Origin: Escherichia coli | Lineage (GTDB): Bacteria > Pseudomonadota > Gammaproteobacteria > Enterobacterales > Enterobacteriaceae | Direction: 5' to 3' (one strand) | NCBI RefSeq assembly: GCF_044324875.1 | Contig: NZ_CP172185.1 | DNA length: 64,000 nt | In this document: in pieces, positions 11,814 to 33,617 of the stretch | Layout: each line of letters begins with the position of its first letter | Position numbering within the stretch: the first letter of the stretch is position 1 | Position numbers and translations under genes: made by a program | Notes under the pieces: model-generated | What the model saw: the letters and a program-made list of their open reading frames with translations, nothing else | Databases searched by the model: none | What the model was told of the DNA's origin: nothing

Positions 11814-12056
11814 TTACTCAGTCACTTCCCCTTCCTGGCGGATCTGATTTGCCCAACGCTGGGCGGATTCAGGCACAGTAAACGCCGGTGAGCGCAGAAA
11901 TGACTCTCCCATCAGTACAAACGCAACATATTTGCCACGTAGCATCCAGACATCACGAAACGAATCCATCTTTATCGCATGTTCTGGCGGCGCGGGTTCC
12001 GTGCGTGGGACATAGCTAATAATCTGGCGGTTTTGCTGGCGGAGCGGTTTCTTCAT
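11814..12056 (-). CDS. cedA: Cell division modulator CedA
   Basis: MKKPLRQQNRQIISYVPRTEPAPPEHAIKMDSFRDVWMLRGKYVAF... (80 aa from internal Met of the 87-aa ORF); adjacent to katE. Confidence 0.85.
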   Translation of the reverse strand: MKKPLRQQNRQIISYVPRTEPAPPEHAIKMDSFRDVWMLRGKYVAFVLMGESFLRSPAFTVPESAQRWANQIRQEGEVTE

Positions 12057-12259
12057 TACTGGCTTCACTAAACGCATATTAAAAATCAGAAAAACTGTAG
12101 TTTAGCCGATCTAGCCCCCATACGTCCCGCTTTGCGTGTATTTCATAACACCGTTTCCAGAATAGTCTCCGAAGCGGGATCTGGCTGATGGTCTATAGTT
12201 AGAGGGTTTTTTGACCAAAACAGCGGCCCTTTCAGTAATAAATTAAGGAGACGAGTTCA

Positions 12260-14521
12260 ATGTCGCAACATAACGAAAAGAACCCACATCAGCACCAGTC
12301 ACCACTACACGATTCCAGCGAAGCGAAACCGGGGATGGACTCACTGGCACCTGAGGACGGATCTCATCGTCCAGCGACTGAACCAACACCGCCAGGTGCA
12401 CAACCTACCGCCCCAGGGAGCCTGAAAGCCCCTGATACGCGTAACGAAAAACTTAATTCTCTGGAAGACGTACGCAAAGGCAGTGAAAATTATGCGCTGA
12501 CCACTAATCAGGGCGTACGCATCGCCGACGATCAAAACTCACTGCGTGCCGGTAACCGTGGTCCAACGCTGCTGGAAGATTTTATTCTGCGCGAGAAAAT
12601 CACTCACTTTGACCATGAGCGCATCCCGGAACGTATTGTTCATGCACGCGGATCAGCAGCTCACGGTTATTTCCAGCCATATAAAAGCTTAAGCGATATC
12701 ACCAAAGCGGATTTCCTCTCAGATCCGAACAAAATCACCCCAGTATTTGTTAGGTTCTCTACCGTTCAGGGTGGTGCTGGCTCTGCCGATACCGTGCGTG
12801 ATATCCGTGGCTTTGCCACCAAGTTCTATACCGAAGAGGGTATTTTTGACCTCGTTGGCAATAACACGCCAATCTTCTTTATCCAGGATGCGCATAAATT
12901 CCCCGATTTTGTTCATGCGGTAAAACCAGAACCGCACTGGGCAATTCCACAAGGGCAAAGCGCCCACGATACTTTCTGGGATTATGTTTCTCTGCAACCT
13001 GAAACTCTGCACAACGTGATGTGGGCGATGTCGGATCGCGGGATCCCACGCAGTTACCGCACCATGGAAGGCTTCGGTATTCACACCTTCCGCCTGATTA
13101 ATGCCGAAGGGAAGGCAACGTTCGTACGTTTCCACTGGAAACCACTGGCAGGTAAAGCCTCACTCGTTTGGGATGAAGCACAAAAACTAACCGGACGTGA
13201 CCCGGACTTCCACCGCCGCGAGTTGTGGGAAGCCATCGAAGCAGGCGATTTTCCGGAATACGAACTGGGCTTCCAGTTGATTCCTGAGGAAGATGAATTT
13301 AAGTTCGACTTCGACCTTCTTGATCCAACTAAACTTATCCCGGAAGAACTGGTGCCCGTTCAGCGTGTCGGCAAAATGGTGCTCAATCGCAATCCGGATA
13401 ACTTCTTTGCCGAAAACGAACAAGCAGCATTCCATCCAGGTCATATTGTTCCTGGTCTGGACTTCACCAACGATCCCCTGTTGCAGGGACGTTTGTTCTC
13501 CTATACCGATACACAAATCAGTCGTCTTGGTGGGCCGAATTTCCATGAGATTCCGATTAACCGCCCGACCTGCCCTTACCATAATTTCCAGCGTGACGGC
13601 ATGCATCGTATGGGGATCGACACTAACCCGGCGAATTATGAACCGAACTCGATCAACGATAACTGGCCGCGCGAAACACCGCCGGGGCCGAAACGCGGCG
13701 GTTTTGAATCATACCAGGAGCGCGTGGAAGGCAATAAAGTTCGCGAGCGCAGCCCATCGTTTGGCGAATATTATTCCCATCCGCGTCTGTTCTGGCTAAG
13801 TCAGACGCCATTCGAGCAGCGCCATATTGTCGATGGTTTCAGTTTTGAGTTAAGCAAAGTAGTTCGTCCGTATATTCGTGAGCGCGTTGTTGACCAGCTG
13901 GCGCATATTGATCTCACTCTGGCCCAGGCGGTGGCGAAAAATCTCGGTATCGAGCTGACGGACGACCAGCTGAATATCACCCCGCCTCCGGACGTCAACG
14001 GTCTGAAAAAGGATCCATCCTTAAGTTTGTACGCCATTCCTGACGGTGATGTGAAAGGTCGCGTGGTAGCGATTTTACTTAATGATGAAGTGAGATCGGC
14101 AGACCTTCTGGCCATTCTCAAGGCGCTGAAGGCCAAAGGCGTTCATGCCAAACTGCTCTACTCCCGAATGGGTGAAGTGACTGCGGATGACGGTACGGTG
14201 TTGCCTATAGCCGCTACCTTTGCCGGTGCACCTTCGCTGACGGTCGATGCGGTTATTGTCCCTTGCGGCAATATCGCGGATATCGCTGACAACGGCGATG
14301 CCAACTACTACCTGATGGAAGCCTACAAACACCTTAAACCGATTGCGCTGGCGGGAGACGCGCGCAAGTTTAAAGCAACAATCAAGGTCGCTGACCAGGG
14401 TGAAGAAGGGATTGTGGAAGCTGACAGCGCCGATGGTAGTTTTATGGATGAACTGTTAACGCTGATGGCAGCACACCGCATGTGGTCACGCATTCCTAAG
14501 ATTGACAAAATTCCGGCGTAA
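12260..14521 (+). CDS. katE: Catalase HPII (large-subunit monofunctional catalase)
   Basis: 753-aa ORF; N-terminus [38 protein letters not shown] and catalase core motifs (RERIPERVVHA-type, FDRERIPER) match KatE. Confidence 0.97.
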   Translation: MSQHNEKNPHQHQSPLHDSSEAKPGMDSLAPEDGSHRPATEPTPPGAQPTAPGSLKAPDTRNEKLNSLEDVRKGSENYALTTNQGVRIADDQNSLRAGNRGPTLLEDFILREKITHFDHERIPERIVHARGSAAHGYFQPYKSLSDITKADFLSDPNKITPVFVRFSTVQGGAGSADTVRDIRGFATKFYTEEGIFDLVGNNTPIFFIQDAHKFPDFVHAVKPEPHWAIPQGQSAHDTFWDYVSLQPETLHNVMWAMSDRGIPRSYRTMEGFGIHTFRLINAEGKATFVRFHWKPLAGKASLVWDEAQKLTGRDPDFHRRELWEAIEAGDFPEYELGFQLIPEEDEFKFDFDLLDPTKLIPEELVPVQRVGKMVLNRNPDNFFAENEQAAFHPGHIVPGLDFTNDPLLQGRLFSYTDTQISRLGGPNFHEIPINRPTCPYHNFQRDGMHRMGIDTNPANYEPNSINDNWPRETPPGPKRGGFESYQERVEGNKVRERSPSFGEYYSHPRLFWLSQTPFEQRHIVDGFSFELSKVVRPYIRERVVDQLAHIDLTLAQAVAKNLGIELTDDQLNITPPPDVNGLKKDPSLSLYAIPDGDVKGRVVAILLNDEVRSADLLAILKALKAKGVHAKLLYSRMGEVTADDGTVLPIAATFAGAPSLTVDAVIVPCGNIADIADNGDANYYLMEAYKHLKPIALAGDARKFKATIKVADQGEEGIVEADSADGSFMDELLTLMAAHRMWSRIPKIDKIPA

Positions 14522-14529
14522 ATATGGAT

Positions 14530-14557
14530 AAGGTCACGCCCCCTGGGGAGTGACCTT
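14530..14557. terminator. Hairpin between convergent katE and chbG
   Basis: Near-perfect inverted repeat AAGGTCACGCCCC / GGGGAGTGACCTT right after the katE stop. Confidence 0.5.
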
Positions 14558-14567
14558 ACCACCTTAC

Positions 14568-16639
<2,072 letters not shown>

Positions 16640-16651
16640 AATCAGCCTCGG

Positions 16652-18004
16652 TTAATGTGCTTTTTTAAGCTCTGCGATGCAGTCGGCAAAATTTGGCAAC
16701 CATTTCTCGTGCGCCAGAATCATCTCGCGTGCCAGCAGCTCAGCATCGCGATCGGAATGCACCAACGGACTAAGGTTTAGGGCCAGTAACACATCGTTAA
16801 ACTCTCCGCTAAGTGCGGCGTTGCTGGCAGCAATCTCGAAGCCTTTAATGGTGTGAATCAGCCCCATCACTTTATCATCGAAATGCGTAATGCGCGGATG
16901 TGGCGTCGCGCCATCGCGCCCCAGCGTACAGGTCATTTCTACCGCCCAGTCTGCCGGAATATTATCAATATGCCCATGATGCGGGATATTAACGTAATGT
17001 TCAGCTTGCTTGTCGTTGTAGATAGCGTTGATCACTTCGCACGCTGCATCAGAGTAATAAGCCCCACCGCGCTGTTCCAGTTCTTTCGGCTTAACTTTCA
17101 ACTCCGGGTTTTTATACAGCTCAAAAAGTTGTTTCTCGACTTTCTGTACTACCTGCGCTCGTGCGCCGCCTTTGTAGTATTCGCCCATTTCAATAGCCAG
17201 CATCTCTTTTTGCTTGAAGTAATAAAGCAAATAAGAACACGGCAACAGATTCAGAGAACGAATTAAGCCTTCGCTAAATGGCAGATCGAAAATATTTTTA
17301 ACGCCAGATGCTTTTAACTGCCCGGATGCCACACCATCAAGCAATTCGGCAAAGCGTGATTTGCCATTTACCAGCACATCTTTAATGAACACCATATGGT
17401 TGAGGCCGAACAGATCGATAGATAAATCATCGCTGCCTTTCAGCATCAGAACATCGCGAATAAACATCTTCATGCCGATCGGAATATTACACACGCCGAT
17501 AAAGCGTTTAAATCCGGTATGACGATAAACGGCTTCAGTGACCATTCCCGCCGGGTTAGTGAAGTTAATCACCCATGCATTCGGACAAAGTTCTTCGACA
17601 TCTTTTACGATGTCAAAAATCACCGGAATGGTACGCAGACCTTTAAACAGACCGCCCGCGCCGTTGGTTTCCTGACCAAGATAACCATGACTTAATGGAA
17701 TACGTTCATCCAGTTCGCGCGCCGGTAATTGGCCTACGCGCAGTTGGGTAGTAACGAAATCAGCATCTTTCAATGCTTCGCGGCGATCCAGCGTTTTATA
17801 AAGCTTCATCGGGACGCCAGCGTTATCAATCATCCGTTGGCAGAGATCAAAAATAATATCCAGTTTAGCTTTACCACCTTCGACATCCACCAGCCATAAT
17901 TCGCTGACCGGCAATTCGTGATAACGCTTAATAAATCCTTCCAGTAACTCCGGGGTATAGCTGCTCCCGCCACCAATAGTGACGACTTTTAATTTCTGGC
18001 TCAT
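16652..18004 (-). CDS. chbF: 6-phospho-beta-glucosidase / chitobiose-6-P hydrolase (GH4)
   Basis: MSQKLKVVTIGGGSSYTPELLEGF… GH4 NAD-binding N-terminus; true start at internal Met of the 468-aa ORF. Confidence 0.9.
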   Translation of the reverse strand: MSQKLKVVTIGGGSSYTPELLEGFIKRYHELPVSELWLVDVEGGKAKLDIIFDLCQRMIDNAGVPMKLYKTLDRREALKDADFVTTQLRVGQLPARELDERIPLSHGYLGQETNGAGGLFKGLRTIPVIFDIVKDVEELCPNAWVINFTNPAGMVTEAVYRHTGFKRFIGVCNIPIGMKMFIRDVLMLKGSDDLSIDLFGLNHMVFIKDVLVNGKSRFAELLDGVASGQLKASGVKNIFDLPFSEGLIRSLNLLPCSYLLYYFKQKEMLAIEMGEYYKGGARAQVVQKVEKQLFELYKNPELKVKPKELEQRGGAYYSDAACEVINAIYNDKQAEHYVNIPHHGHIDNIPADWAVEMTCTLGRDGATPHPRITHFDDKVMGLIHTIKGFEIAASNAALSGEFNDVLLALNLSPLVHSDRDAELLAREMILAHEKWLPNFADCIAELKKAH

Positions 18005-18106
18005 AATTTCTCCCTTCAGTACAGAATACTGATATCTGGCATATCTGCCCCCGGACATAAATAATCCAGCAACAGGACAGATATGTGAATTGTCAGGTAT
18101 AACGAC

Positions 18107-18949
18107 TTACTGATTAAATTCAGTCAATTTCTTACGATAGCTCTTAGGCGTAAAGGACGTTAATTTCTTAAACGTTTTAATAAACAAGCTCGGGCTACTA
18201 TAACCGGCCTCAAACGCAATATCCGTCACGGAATAGTTGGTCATTTCCAGTTGTTTTTTGGCAAAATTAATACGGATCTCATTAATAATCTGCATTGGTG
18301 TTTTGCCATAATATCGTTGAGTCGCTCGCGTCAAATATTCCTGTGATTTGGCTGACAACGTCACCATATTCTCCAGCGCCGATTCACTAAACTGCTCTTT
18401 ATCATGCATCTTTTCTACCGTACTTTTCAGCCACTGCGGTACATCATCAATCACCTGTTCTTCGCGGTAATGACGTAAACGGTTAATGACATAAAAAGTA
18501 ACCATCTCAACAAACTCTTCCAGCCCTGTTTCGCGGAAATTCAATGAAGAAATCACTGTTTCCACATAGGTGAGAAAAGCGTTATTGGTCCGGTATACCT
18601 GCGAAGCGACAAAGCAATAAGGCAACAACGGCAGGTAATGCTGCTCAAAAAAGCGTTTACTGATCCCAACATTCAATATGCGCGTGGCACCAAACTCATA
18701 AAAACTTTGATGGTGCGAACCTAACGGAATAAAAACAAAATCGCCCCGTTCCAGTAACACGCGCTTACCGTTAATCTCCTGGAAATAACGCCCGGTTAAT
18801 ACCAGAGTAAATTCATAATAGTCGTGCTGATGCAGTCCGCTGATACTCTCAGTTTTGTTGTAGATAAACACATGGAAGTTTTTGCCATTAAACAACTGCT
18901 GTTCTCGGGCAGTGGCAATTTCCGGCGCGTTAATCACTGGCTGCATCAT
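18107..18949 (-). CDS. chbR: AraC-family regulator of the chb operon
   Basis: 280-aa ORF with C-terminal AraC HTH; operon position. Confidence 0.9.
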   Translation of the reverse strand: MMQPVINAPEIATAREQQLFNGKNFHVFIYNKTESISGLHQHDYYEFTLVLTGRYFQEINGKRVLLERGDFVFIPLGSHHQSFYEFGATRILNVGISKRFFEQHYLPLLPYCFVASQVYRTNNAFLTYVETVISSLNFRETGLEEFVEMVTFYVINRLRHYREEQVIDDVPQWLKSTVEKMHDKEQFSESALENMVTLSAKSQEYLTRATQRYYGKTPMQIINEIRINFAKKQLEMTNYSVTDIAFEAGYSSPSLFIKTFKKLTSFTPKSYRKKLTEFNQ

Positions 18950-18956
18950 CGACTCC

Positions 18957-19307
18957 TTATGCCTTCAGTTTTTCATGAAGCTCAATTAATTCGGTAATCA
19001 GTTCACGCGCAAGCATGGACGTCATTAAATGATCCTGAGCGTGGACCAGCACCAGACTCACTTTCATCTTACCTTCGCCCGCATCGCCTTCAATCAGTTT
19101 CGTCTGTACCAGATGCGCTTCATTCAATGCCATCCGTGACTGATCCATCATGGCTTTTGCTGCGGCAAAATCGCCCTGCTTCGCCTGTTTCAGTGCGGCA
19201 TACGCCAGGCTGCGCGCTTGTCCGGAGTTGATGATAAGTCCCATCACCACTTCTTCCAGCTCTTCAGCTTCTGTTTGCGTATCGGGAATGTTATCGAGAT
19301 CCATCAT
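18957..19307 (-). CDS. chbA: PTS chitobiose-specific IIA component
   Basis: 116-aa ORF, lactose/cellobiose-family IIA; operon position. Confidence 0.9.
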   Translation of the reverse strand: MMDLDNIPDTQTEAEELEEVVMGLIINSGQARSLAYAALKQAKQGDFAAAKAMMDQSRMALNEAHLVQTKLIEGDAGEGKMKVSLVLVHAQDHLMTSMLARELITELIELHEKLKA

Positions 19308-19357
19308 ACATCGTTCCTCTCTTTTCTTACCGGCACGATTACCCGTACCGGCATCGA

Positions 19358-20716
19358 TTAAAATTTCAGGGCGTTAGCGATATCTTCTTCGCTCTCTTCT
19401 TTATCAATCGCGTTTTGTGCTTTGTTAGCGACCACAATAAAGGGCAGATAAATTAACGTTGCGATACCAAGGTTGAAGAGTGCGACCAGCAATGCGGCGA
19501 CGCTACCGTTGGTGTTAAAGAAGGCTCCCAGACCGGTTGGCATGGTCCACGGTGCAATATTGGTCACCGGAGGAATAATGCCCATGTAGTAAGCTGCGAG
19601 GGTGATTGCCGCCAGAATCGGTTGTACCAGTACAAACGGAATAAACATCACCGGGTTCATGATAATTGGCAGACCAAACAGAATCGGTTCGTTAATCTGG
19701 AAGATGCCGGACGGCAGCGCCAGTTTTGCCACCTGACGATAATCAGCACGGCGAGAAGCGATAAAGATAGCCAGGATCAGACCCAAAGTCGCACCACTGC
19801 CCCCAAGGAAAATAAAGGAGTCCAGCATCGGCTTGGCCCAGATATGGAAGGTCTTACCGGCTGCCAGCGCCGCTTCGACGGAACCATATTGCTGATAGGT
19901 CGCGATATTTTCCAGCGCCCAAGGCGTCATAATGCCGTTGTCCAGTGCGGTCAGCGCCAGCGCACCATGAATACCGAAGAACCAGAGCAGTGGAACAAAG
20001 ATCACATAGGCCCAGCCCACCACGCTACCCAACGATGCCAGTGGGGTTGAGATGGTATCCATAATGATCTGATGGAAGTTGGTGCCCCAGGTATTCAACG
20101 CCCAGGCAATAATCCCCATCACGGAAAGAATAATAAAGCCGGGAATTAAAGCCGAGAAGGAACGCGATACTGAAGCAGGTACGCTATCGGGCAATTTAAT
20201 GACCCAATTGCGGCGGACAATAAAGGTAAACATTTCTGCCACCACCAGGCCAATAATAATCCCGGAGATGATATTCGCCCCACCTAACCAGTTTGCGCCA
20301 ACCGCATAGGCCTCACCGACACTGTATGGGGTGACGGTCATAAATGCTGCAACGGATAACAACCCAGCCGCCAGCGCATCGACTTTACGCTCTTCTGCCA
20401 GCGCCATGCCAATAAAGAACGGTGCCATTAAAGACATTATCCCTAATGTTCCGTTATATACGTTGCCGCCAATACCTTTCAGACCATTAAGTGTTTCAAT
20501 GGTTGAGGCATCCAGGCGAATACCTAAGGAATAAAAAAACGACCCCTCCCCAAAGCTTAGAAAAACGTTGTTAATTAATACAAACATGGCCCCCGCAAGG
20601 GTTAACGGCATTAAGCGAATAAAGCCATTTTTGATTGCATTAACGTGTGGCTGCTTTCCTATTTTAACTGCAAAAGGGAGGAGTACCTTTTCAAGCGATG
20701 CAATAACATTACTCAT
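19358..20716 (-). CDS. chbC: PTS chitobiose-specific IIC permease
   Basis: 452-aa polytopic membrane ORF; operon position. Confidence 0.9.
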   Translation of the reverse strand: MSNVIASLEKVLLPFAVKIGKQPHVNAIKNGFIRLMPLTLAGAMFVLINNVFLSFGEGSFFYSLGIRLDASTIETLNGLKGIGGNVYNGTLGIMSLMAPFFIGMALAEERKVDALAAGLLSVAAFMTVTPYSVGEAYAVGANWLGGANIISGIIIGLVVAEMFTFIVRRNWVIKLPDSVPASVSRSFSALIPGFIILSVMGIIAWALNTWGTNFHQIIMDTISTPLASLGSVVGWAYVIFVPLLWFFGIHGALALTALDNGIMTPWALENIATYQQYGSVEAALAAGKTFHIWAKPMLDSFIFLGGSGATLGLILAIFIASRRADYRQVAKLALPSGIFQINEPILFGLPIIMNPVMFIPFVLVQPILAAITLAAYYMGIIPPVTNIAPWTMPTGLGAFFNTNGSVAALLVALFNLGIATLIYLPFIVVANKAQNAIDKEESEEDIANALKF

Positions 20717-20800
20717 AGAAAAATACCCTTAAAAACCGCAATTTAAATATTACGGTATTGATTTATGAAATAACTCTTTGACGGAAAAATTTAAAATAAA

Positions 20801-21121
20801 TTAATTTGCTGCGGCTTTTTTAATCGCTGCAACCGCAGCCTTAAGCACGCCTAAACCATCGACTTTGCCATAAAGCAGCGAGTCAATTACTTCAACCGGT
20901 TTGTTGGGTAACAAACGCTGGATTTCGGGCAACATATAAGCAATCTGCGGCCCTAATAACACGACATCGGCATTCTGACCTTTTTCACCAGCCAGTGTTT
21001 CCGGAAATGCTTCAATAATGACCGGAACTTCATATTTTTCTGCCTGTGCGCGCATTTTTGATACCAGTAAAGAGGTAGACATGCCCGCAGAACAAAACAG
21101 ATAAATGTGTTTCTTTTCCAT
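20801..21121 (-). CDS. chbB: PTS chitobiose-specific IIB component
   Basis: 106-aa ORF with active-site Cys near N-terminus ([19 protein letters not shown]). Confidence 0.9.
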   Translation of the reverse strand: MEKKHIYLFCSAGMSTSLLVSKMRAQAEKYEVPVIIEAFPETLAGEKGQNADVVLLGPQIAYMLPEIQRLLPNKPVEVIDSLLYGKVDGLGVLKAAVAAIKKAAAN

Positions 21122-21419
21122 AAAACTGCCCTCATCGACGATTATCTGTCAGCCAGACACTCCGCAAGCCTTAACCTGCTTCCATGCTCTGGGTAACTTG
21201 CGAAACCAACATGACTTTTTTTGTGGCTGAAAGGAGTATACGGTATAGACCTGAGCAATAGTATTTCTTTGACCTTATAAATTGTCTCTCCTTGACCTGC
21301 GGTTATGACCCTCTTCACATTTCGGGCAAATAATTCGCGAAGATAATTAAGAACTCAGGCCAAAAAAAACCGGCACAATGGCCGGTTTCCGTTGTAACTC
21401 AAGCTTTCAGGCGAAGTGA

Positions 21420-21758
21420 TTACTTCGCAGCCAGTGGATCAGTGTCGTATTCAGCACAGGTCTGATAACCGGAGTTGATGACATGTCCGGTATCATCTAA
21501 CGCGACAAAGTAGGTTTCTGCTTTACCATCACGTTGACCCAGGATGTAGGTCTGGCAAGTACCACGAGCATGGATCATGCTCACTTCAGACGAAGGTTTA
21601 CCTGCAATTTGTGCAACCTGCGCCCGGCTCATGCCTTTTTTGACGTCTTTCACCACAGGCTGTACAAACTGGTCTTTGGTACGATCATAAGCCGTACAAC
21701 CCGCCAGCATGGTTAATACCGCCGCTGCACTCAGAATTCCTGCCATATTCTTGTTCAT
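21420..21758 (-). CDS. osmE: Osmotically inducible lipoprotein E
   Basis: 112-aa ORF with lipoprotein signal peptide and lipobox (LTMLAGC). Confidence 0.9.
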   Translation of the reverse strand: MNKNMAGILSAAAVLTMLAGCTAYDRTKDQFVQPVVKDVKKGMSRAQVAQIAGKPSSEVSMIHARGTCQTYILGQRDGKAETYFVALDDTGHVINSGYQTCAEYDTDPLAAK

Positions 21759-21959
21759 ATTCCGTCCTCTTGTTTATCAGCGTGTTAGATAAGCCTGGAA
21801 TACATTGGGCGCTTTTTCAAGCCCGTGAACGAAACGGCTCCGCTTTCAGAGGATTCCTGTATGACGTTTTAACCACCATTCAGCCCGCTGTCGCTTGTCG
21901 TTTCAGTAGCAACGGGTTAGCTTTAAGGAAGTTTTGTCTTTTCTGTCTGGAGGGGTTCA

Positions 21960-22787
21960 ATGACATTGCAACAACAAATAATAAAGGCGCTGGGCGCAAA
22001 ACCGCAGATAAATGCTGAAGAGGAAATTCGTCGTAGTGTCGATTTTCTGAAAAGCTACCTGCAAACTTATCCGTTCATTAAATCACTGGTGCTCGGGATC
22101 AGCGGCGGTCAGGACTCCACGCTTGCCGGAAAGCTGTGCCAGATGGCGATTAATGAGCTGCGCCAGGAAACCGGCAACGAATCGCTGCAATTTATTGCCG
22201 TACGCCTGCCCTATGGTGTTCAGGCCGACGAACAAGATTGCCAGGATGCCATTGCCTTTATTCAACCGGATCGCGTATTAACCGTTAATATCAAGGGCGC
22301 GGTATTGGCAAGCGAGCAGGCATTGCGGGAAGCAGGCATTGAACTGAGCGATTTTGTCCGTGGCAATGAAAAAGCGCGTGAGCGGATGAAAGCACAATAT
22401 AGCATTGCGGGTATGACCAGCGGTGTCGTGGTGGGCACCGATCATGCAGCAGAAGCCATTACCGGATTCTTCACTAAATATGGTGACGGCGGTACGGACA
22501 TTAATCCGCTGTATCGTCTCAACAAACGTCAGGGTAAACAGTTACTGGCGGCATTAGGTTGCCCGGAACACCTTTATAAGAAAGCGCCAACGGCCGATCT
22601 GGAAGATGATCGCCCTTCTCTGCCAGATGAAGTGGCACTCGGCGTGACCTATGACAATATCGACGACTATCTGGAAGGGAAAAACGTACCTGAACAGGTC
22701 GCCAGAACAATAGAGAACTGGTATCTGAAAACCGAACATAAACGCCGTCCGCCAATTACCGTTTTCGATGATTTCTGGAAAAAGTAA
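21960..22787 (+). CDS. nadE: NH3-dependent NAD+ synthetase
   Basis: 275-aa ORF with PP-loop motif SGGQDS. Confidence 0.95.
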
Positions 22788-22824
22788 TAATTTGCACCTA
22801 TTGGATTGTGCGAAAAAGAGTAAT

Positions 22825-22855
22825 TTGTTCACGCCGGATGCGGCGTGAACGCCTT
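22825..22855. repeat. REP-like palindrome / terminator downstream of nadE
   Basis: GTTCACGCCGGATGCGGCGTGAAC, typical of enterobacterial REP elements. Confidence 0.55.
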
Positions 22856-22983
22856 ATTCGCCCCACAAAACTATGCAAATTCAATATATTGCATGAGTCG
22901 AATAGGCCTGACAGGCGTAGCACGTCAGACGGTGTAACCTTTGTCATCAACCCGCCTCTTTTTTAATCGCTCCCCGCCTGTTA

Positions 22984-23003
22984 CACTGGATAGATAACCA
23001 GCA
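22984..23003 (+). promoter_or_regulatory. Candidate LexA box upstream of cho
   Basis: ACTGGATAGATAACCAGCA (CTGG-N8-CCAG, a variant of CTGT-N8-ACAG) about 15 bp upstream of the cho start; cho is a known SOS gene. Confidence 0.45.
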
Positions 23004-23016
23004 TTCGGAGTCAACA

Positions 23017-24517
<1,501 letters not shown>

Positions 24518-24554
24518 TTAGTGGCGATCAGGCTTTTTTTGCATCTGTTTGAGA

Positions 24555-24630
24555 ACAAAAAAGAAAACCGCCGATCCTGTCCACCGCATTACTGCAAGGT
24601 AGTGGACAAGACCGGCGGTCTTAAGTTTTT
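24555..24630. terminator. Long hairpin with flanking T/A tracts between ves and spy (spy terminator)
   Basis: Arms CCGCCGATCCTGTCCAC and GTGGACAAGACCGGCGG separated by a 16-nt loop, with U-tracts on both strands. Confidence 0.5.
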
Positions 24631-24641
24631 TGGCTGAAAGA

Positions 24642-25127
24642 TTATTCAGCAGTTGCAGGCATTTTACCTTTTGCCGCTGGACGTTCTGTCAGACGCTTCT
24701 CAAAATTAGCATTAAATTGCTTTTTCTGTTCCGGCGTCAGGATGTTGTAAATCTTGTTCTGGGTTTCCATGTGCGCCAGCATGTTAGCTTTGCGCTGTTC
24801 TTCCATTTTTGCGATCTGCGCTTCAGCTTTTGCTTTATCGAAGGTATCGCTGGCAATGATGTCATGCATTGCGCGGCGTTCTTCCAGCGGCGGACGTTTC
24901 ATCTGGTCACGCTGGCCTTTCATGATTTCGCGGATCTGCTGTTTCTGCGCGTCGGTCAGGTTCAGGTCTTTGAACATCATGTCCTGATGCGGACCGAACT
25001 TGCCTTTGTGGTGCATCATCGGCTTCGCGTCAGCCGGTGCTGCGGTAGTGGTGTCTGCGGCATGGGCCAGGTTAGCCGCGCCAAGAGCCAGGGTAGAGGC
25101 AACAAACAGTGCAGTTAATTTACGCAT
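24642..25127 (-). CDS. spy: Periplasmic ATP-independent chaperone Spy
   Basis: 161-aa ORF with signal peptide and charged coiled-coil-like body. Confidence 0.9.
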   Translation of the reverse strand: MRKLTALFVASTLALGAANLAHAADTTTAAPADAKPMMHHKGKFGPHQDMMFKDLNLTDAQKQQIREIMKGQRDQMKRPPLEERRAMHDIIASDTFDKAKAEAQIAKMEEQRKANMLAHMETQNKIYNILTPEQKKQFNANFEKRLTERPAAKGKMPATAE

Positions 25128-25456
25128 ATTCTATATCCTTCCTTTCAGTTATTTATTACGGCTTTCTTAAGAAGCGTGCCGTGTTGACGAGATTAACTTT
25201 ACTGACTTTAGCGTCAATTAATCAGAGCAACGGTAAAACAATGAAAGTGTAAAAAACACTTTTGCGCCAATTATGGAGAAAAAAAGAAAATTTGATGGAG
25301 AGTGATGAGAAAATATTACAACACGATGATTTTGCAGAGATTATGAAGAACTATACCGGATGACTGGTGATAAATAAAGCAAATAACCAGGATTAATCTG
25401 TATTAATTTATAAGAAAGTAACTTAATACCCGCAGAATGATTTCTGCGGGTAAGTA

Positions 25457-31520
<6,064 letters not shown>

Positions 31521-31556
31521 TTAATAATAAGTAATGTTTGCGCTGTAAATGTAGAT

Positions 31557-31572
31557 TGCAGGGTTCGTGCCA
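31557..31572 (-). promoter_or_regulatory. Sigma-54 -24/-12 promoter element of astCADBE
   Basis: Minus-strand TGGCACGAACCCTGCA matches TGGCAC-N5-TTGCA with correct GG/GC spacing, about 75 bp upstream of astC. Confidence 0.6.
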
Positions 31573-31929
31573 GCCAGTGATAAAAGTGCATAAACCGCGG
31601 TGGCTAACTGGAAATCAAGGAGTTATAACCAAACCATATGCATTTAAAGTGCATATAAAGTGAATACGTTTGCGATATGGGTGAATAAAAAGAATAAAAA
31701 ACGCAATGTTATGCAGAAGTAAAATATAATTCTGGAATTGTGATCATTGACGAAATTTACTGGAAATTACTGCGCCATTCTGACGCAGCGCGCACCAAAA
31801 GCGGGCATTTTTTGCGCCATCGTTGACATCATTAACAACCATCGATCAAATCACTTAACAACAGGCGGTAAGCAAAGCGAAATTCTGCTACCATCCACGC
31901 ACTCTTTATCTGAATAAATGGCAGCGACT

Positions 31930-32736
31930 ATGAAATTTGTCTCTTTTAATATCAACGGCCTGCGCGCCAGACCTCACCAGCTTGAAGCCATCGTCGAAAA
32001 GCACCAGCCGGATGTGATTGGCCTGCAGGAGACAAAAGTTCATGACGATATGTTTCCACTCGAAGAGGTGGCGAAGCTCGGCTACAACGTGTTTTATCAC
32101 GGGCAGAAAGGCCATTATGGCGTGGCGCTGCTGACCAAAGAGACGCCGATTGCCGTGCGTCGCGGTTTTCCCGGTGACGACGAAGAGGCGCAGCGGCGGA
32201 TTATTATGGCGGAAATCCCCTCACCGCTGGGTAATGTCACCGTGATCAACGGTTACTTCCCGCAGGGTGAAAGCCGCGACCATCCGATAAAATTCCCGGC
32301 AAAGGCGCAGTTTTATCAGAATCTGCAAAACTACCTGGAAACCGAACTCAAGCGTGAAAATCCGGTGCTGATTATGGGCGATATGAATATCAGTCCTGGC
32401 GACCTGGATATTGGCATTGGCGAAGAGAACCGTAAGCGCTGGCTGCGTACCGGAAAATGCTCTTTCCTTCCGGAAGAACGCGAATGGATGGAGAGACTGA
32501 TGAGCTGGGGGTTGGTCGATACCTTCCGCCATGCGAATCCGCAAACAGCCGATCGTTTCTCATGGTTTGATTACCGCTCAAAAGGTTTTGACGATAACCG
32601 CGGTCTGCGTATCGACCTGCTTCTCGCCAGCCAACCGCTGGCAGAATGTTGCGTAGAAACCGGCATCGACTATGAAATCCGCAGCATGGAAAAACCGTCC
32701 GATCACGCCCCCGTCTGGGCGACCTTCCGCCGCTAA
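31930..32736 (+). CDS. xthA: Exodeoxyribonuclease III
   Basis: [36 protein letters not shown]… (268 aa). Confidence 0.95.
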   Translation: MKFVSFNINGLRARPHQLEAIVEKHQPDVIGLQETKVHDDMFPLEEVAKLGYNVFYHGQKGHYGVALLTKETPIAVRRGFPGDDEEAQRRIIMAEIPSPLGNVTVINGYFPQGESRDHPIKFPAKAQFYQNLQNYLETELKRENPVLIMGDMNISPGDLDIGIGEENRKRWLRTGKCSFLPEEREWMERLMSWGLVDTFRHANPQTADRFSWFDYRSKGFDDNRGLRIDLLLASQPLAECCVETGIDYEIRSMEKPSDHAPVWATFRR

Positions 32737-32902
32737 TTTAGCTGTTCTCCTGGCTCAAACTGGGTCAGGAGAATTAACCTTGAGAAAAATCAACAAACTG
32801 TCAGTAATGATTTGTTGCCTGCCGCCCTTTGTTATACCGTCACTGCGTTTTTAGTTGTCTGACCACTTCTCTATTATCAAGTTTGATATAGGAAACTCCA
32901 CA

Positions 32903-33613
32903 ATGAACGCTGAGCGTAAATTTCTTTTTGCCTGTCTTATTTTTGCGCTGGTCATTTACGCTTTCCACGCTTTCGGTTTATTCGAGCTGCTCACCGATTT
33001 ACCTCATTTACTGACACTCATTCGCCAGAGCGGATTGTTCGGTTATAGCCTCTATATTCTGTTATTCATCATTGCCACCCTCTTTCTGTTACCAGGAAGC
33101 ATACTGGTGATCGCTGGAGGAATAGTTTTTGGCCCGCTCTTAGGGACACTACTATCATTAATTGCCGCCACGCTGGCCTCCTCGTGCTCATTCCTGCTGG
33201 CGCGCTGGCTGGGACGTGATTTACTGCTGAAATACGTTGGCCATAGCCATACCTTCCAGGCCATTGAGAAAGGCATTGCGCGTAACGGTATTGATTTTCT
33301 TATTCTGACCCGCTTAATCCCGTTGTTTCCTTACAATATTCAAAATTACGCTTACGGATTAACCACAATCGCCTTCTGGCCTTATACCCTTATTTCAGCA
33401 CTCACGACTCTGCCCGGTATTGTTATTTATACCGTGATGGCAAGCGATCTCGCCAATGAAGGCATTACGCTGCGCTTTATTTTACAACTCTGTCTGGCGG
33501 GCCTGGCGCTGTTTATTCTCGTCCAGCTCGCCAAACTCTATGCTCGACACAAACATGTGGATCTGTCTGCTTCGCGCCGCAGCCCACTTACTCACCCAAA
33601 AAATGAAGGATAG
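32903..33613 (+). CDS. ydjX: TVP38/TMEM64 (DedA-like) family inner membrane protein YdjX
   Basis: Hydrophobic ORF; likely start MNAERKFLF…; synteny. Confidence 0.8.
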   Translation: MNAERKFLFACLIFALVIYAFHAFGLFELLTDLPHLLTLIRQSGLFGYSLYILLFIIATLFLLPGSILVIAGGIVFGPLLGTLLSLIAATLASSCSFLLARWLGRDLLLKYVGHSHTFQAIEKGIARNGIDFLILTRLIPLFPYNIQNYAYGLTTIAFWPYTLISALTTLPGIVIYTVMASDLANEGITLRFILQLCLAGLALFILVQLAKLYARHKHVDLSASRRSPLTHPKNEG

Positions 33614-33617
33614 AACG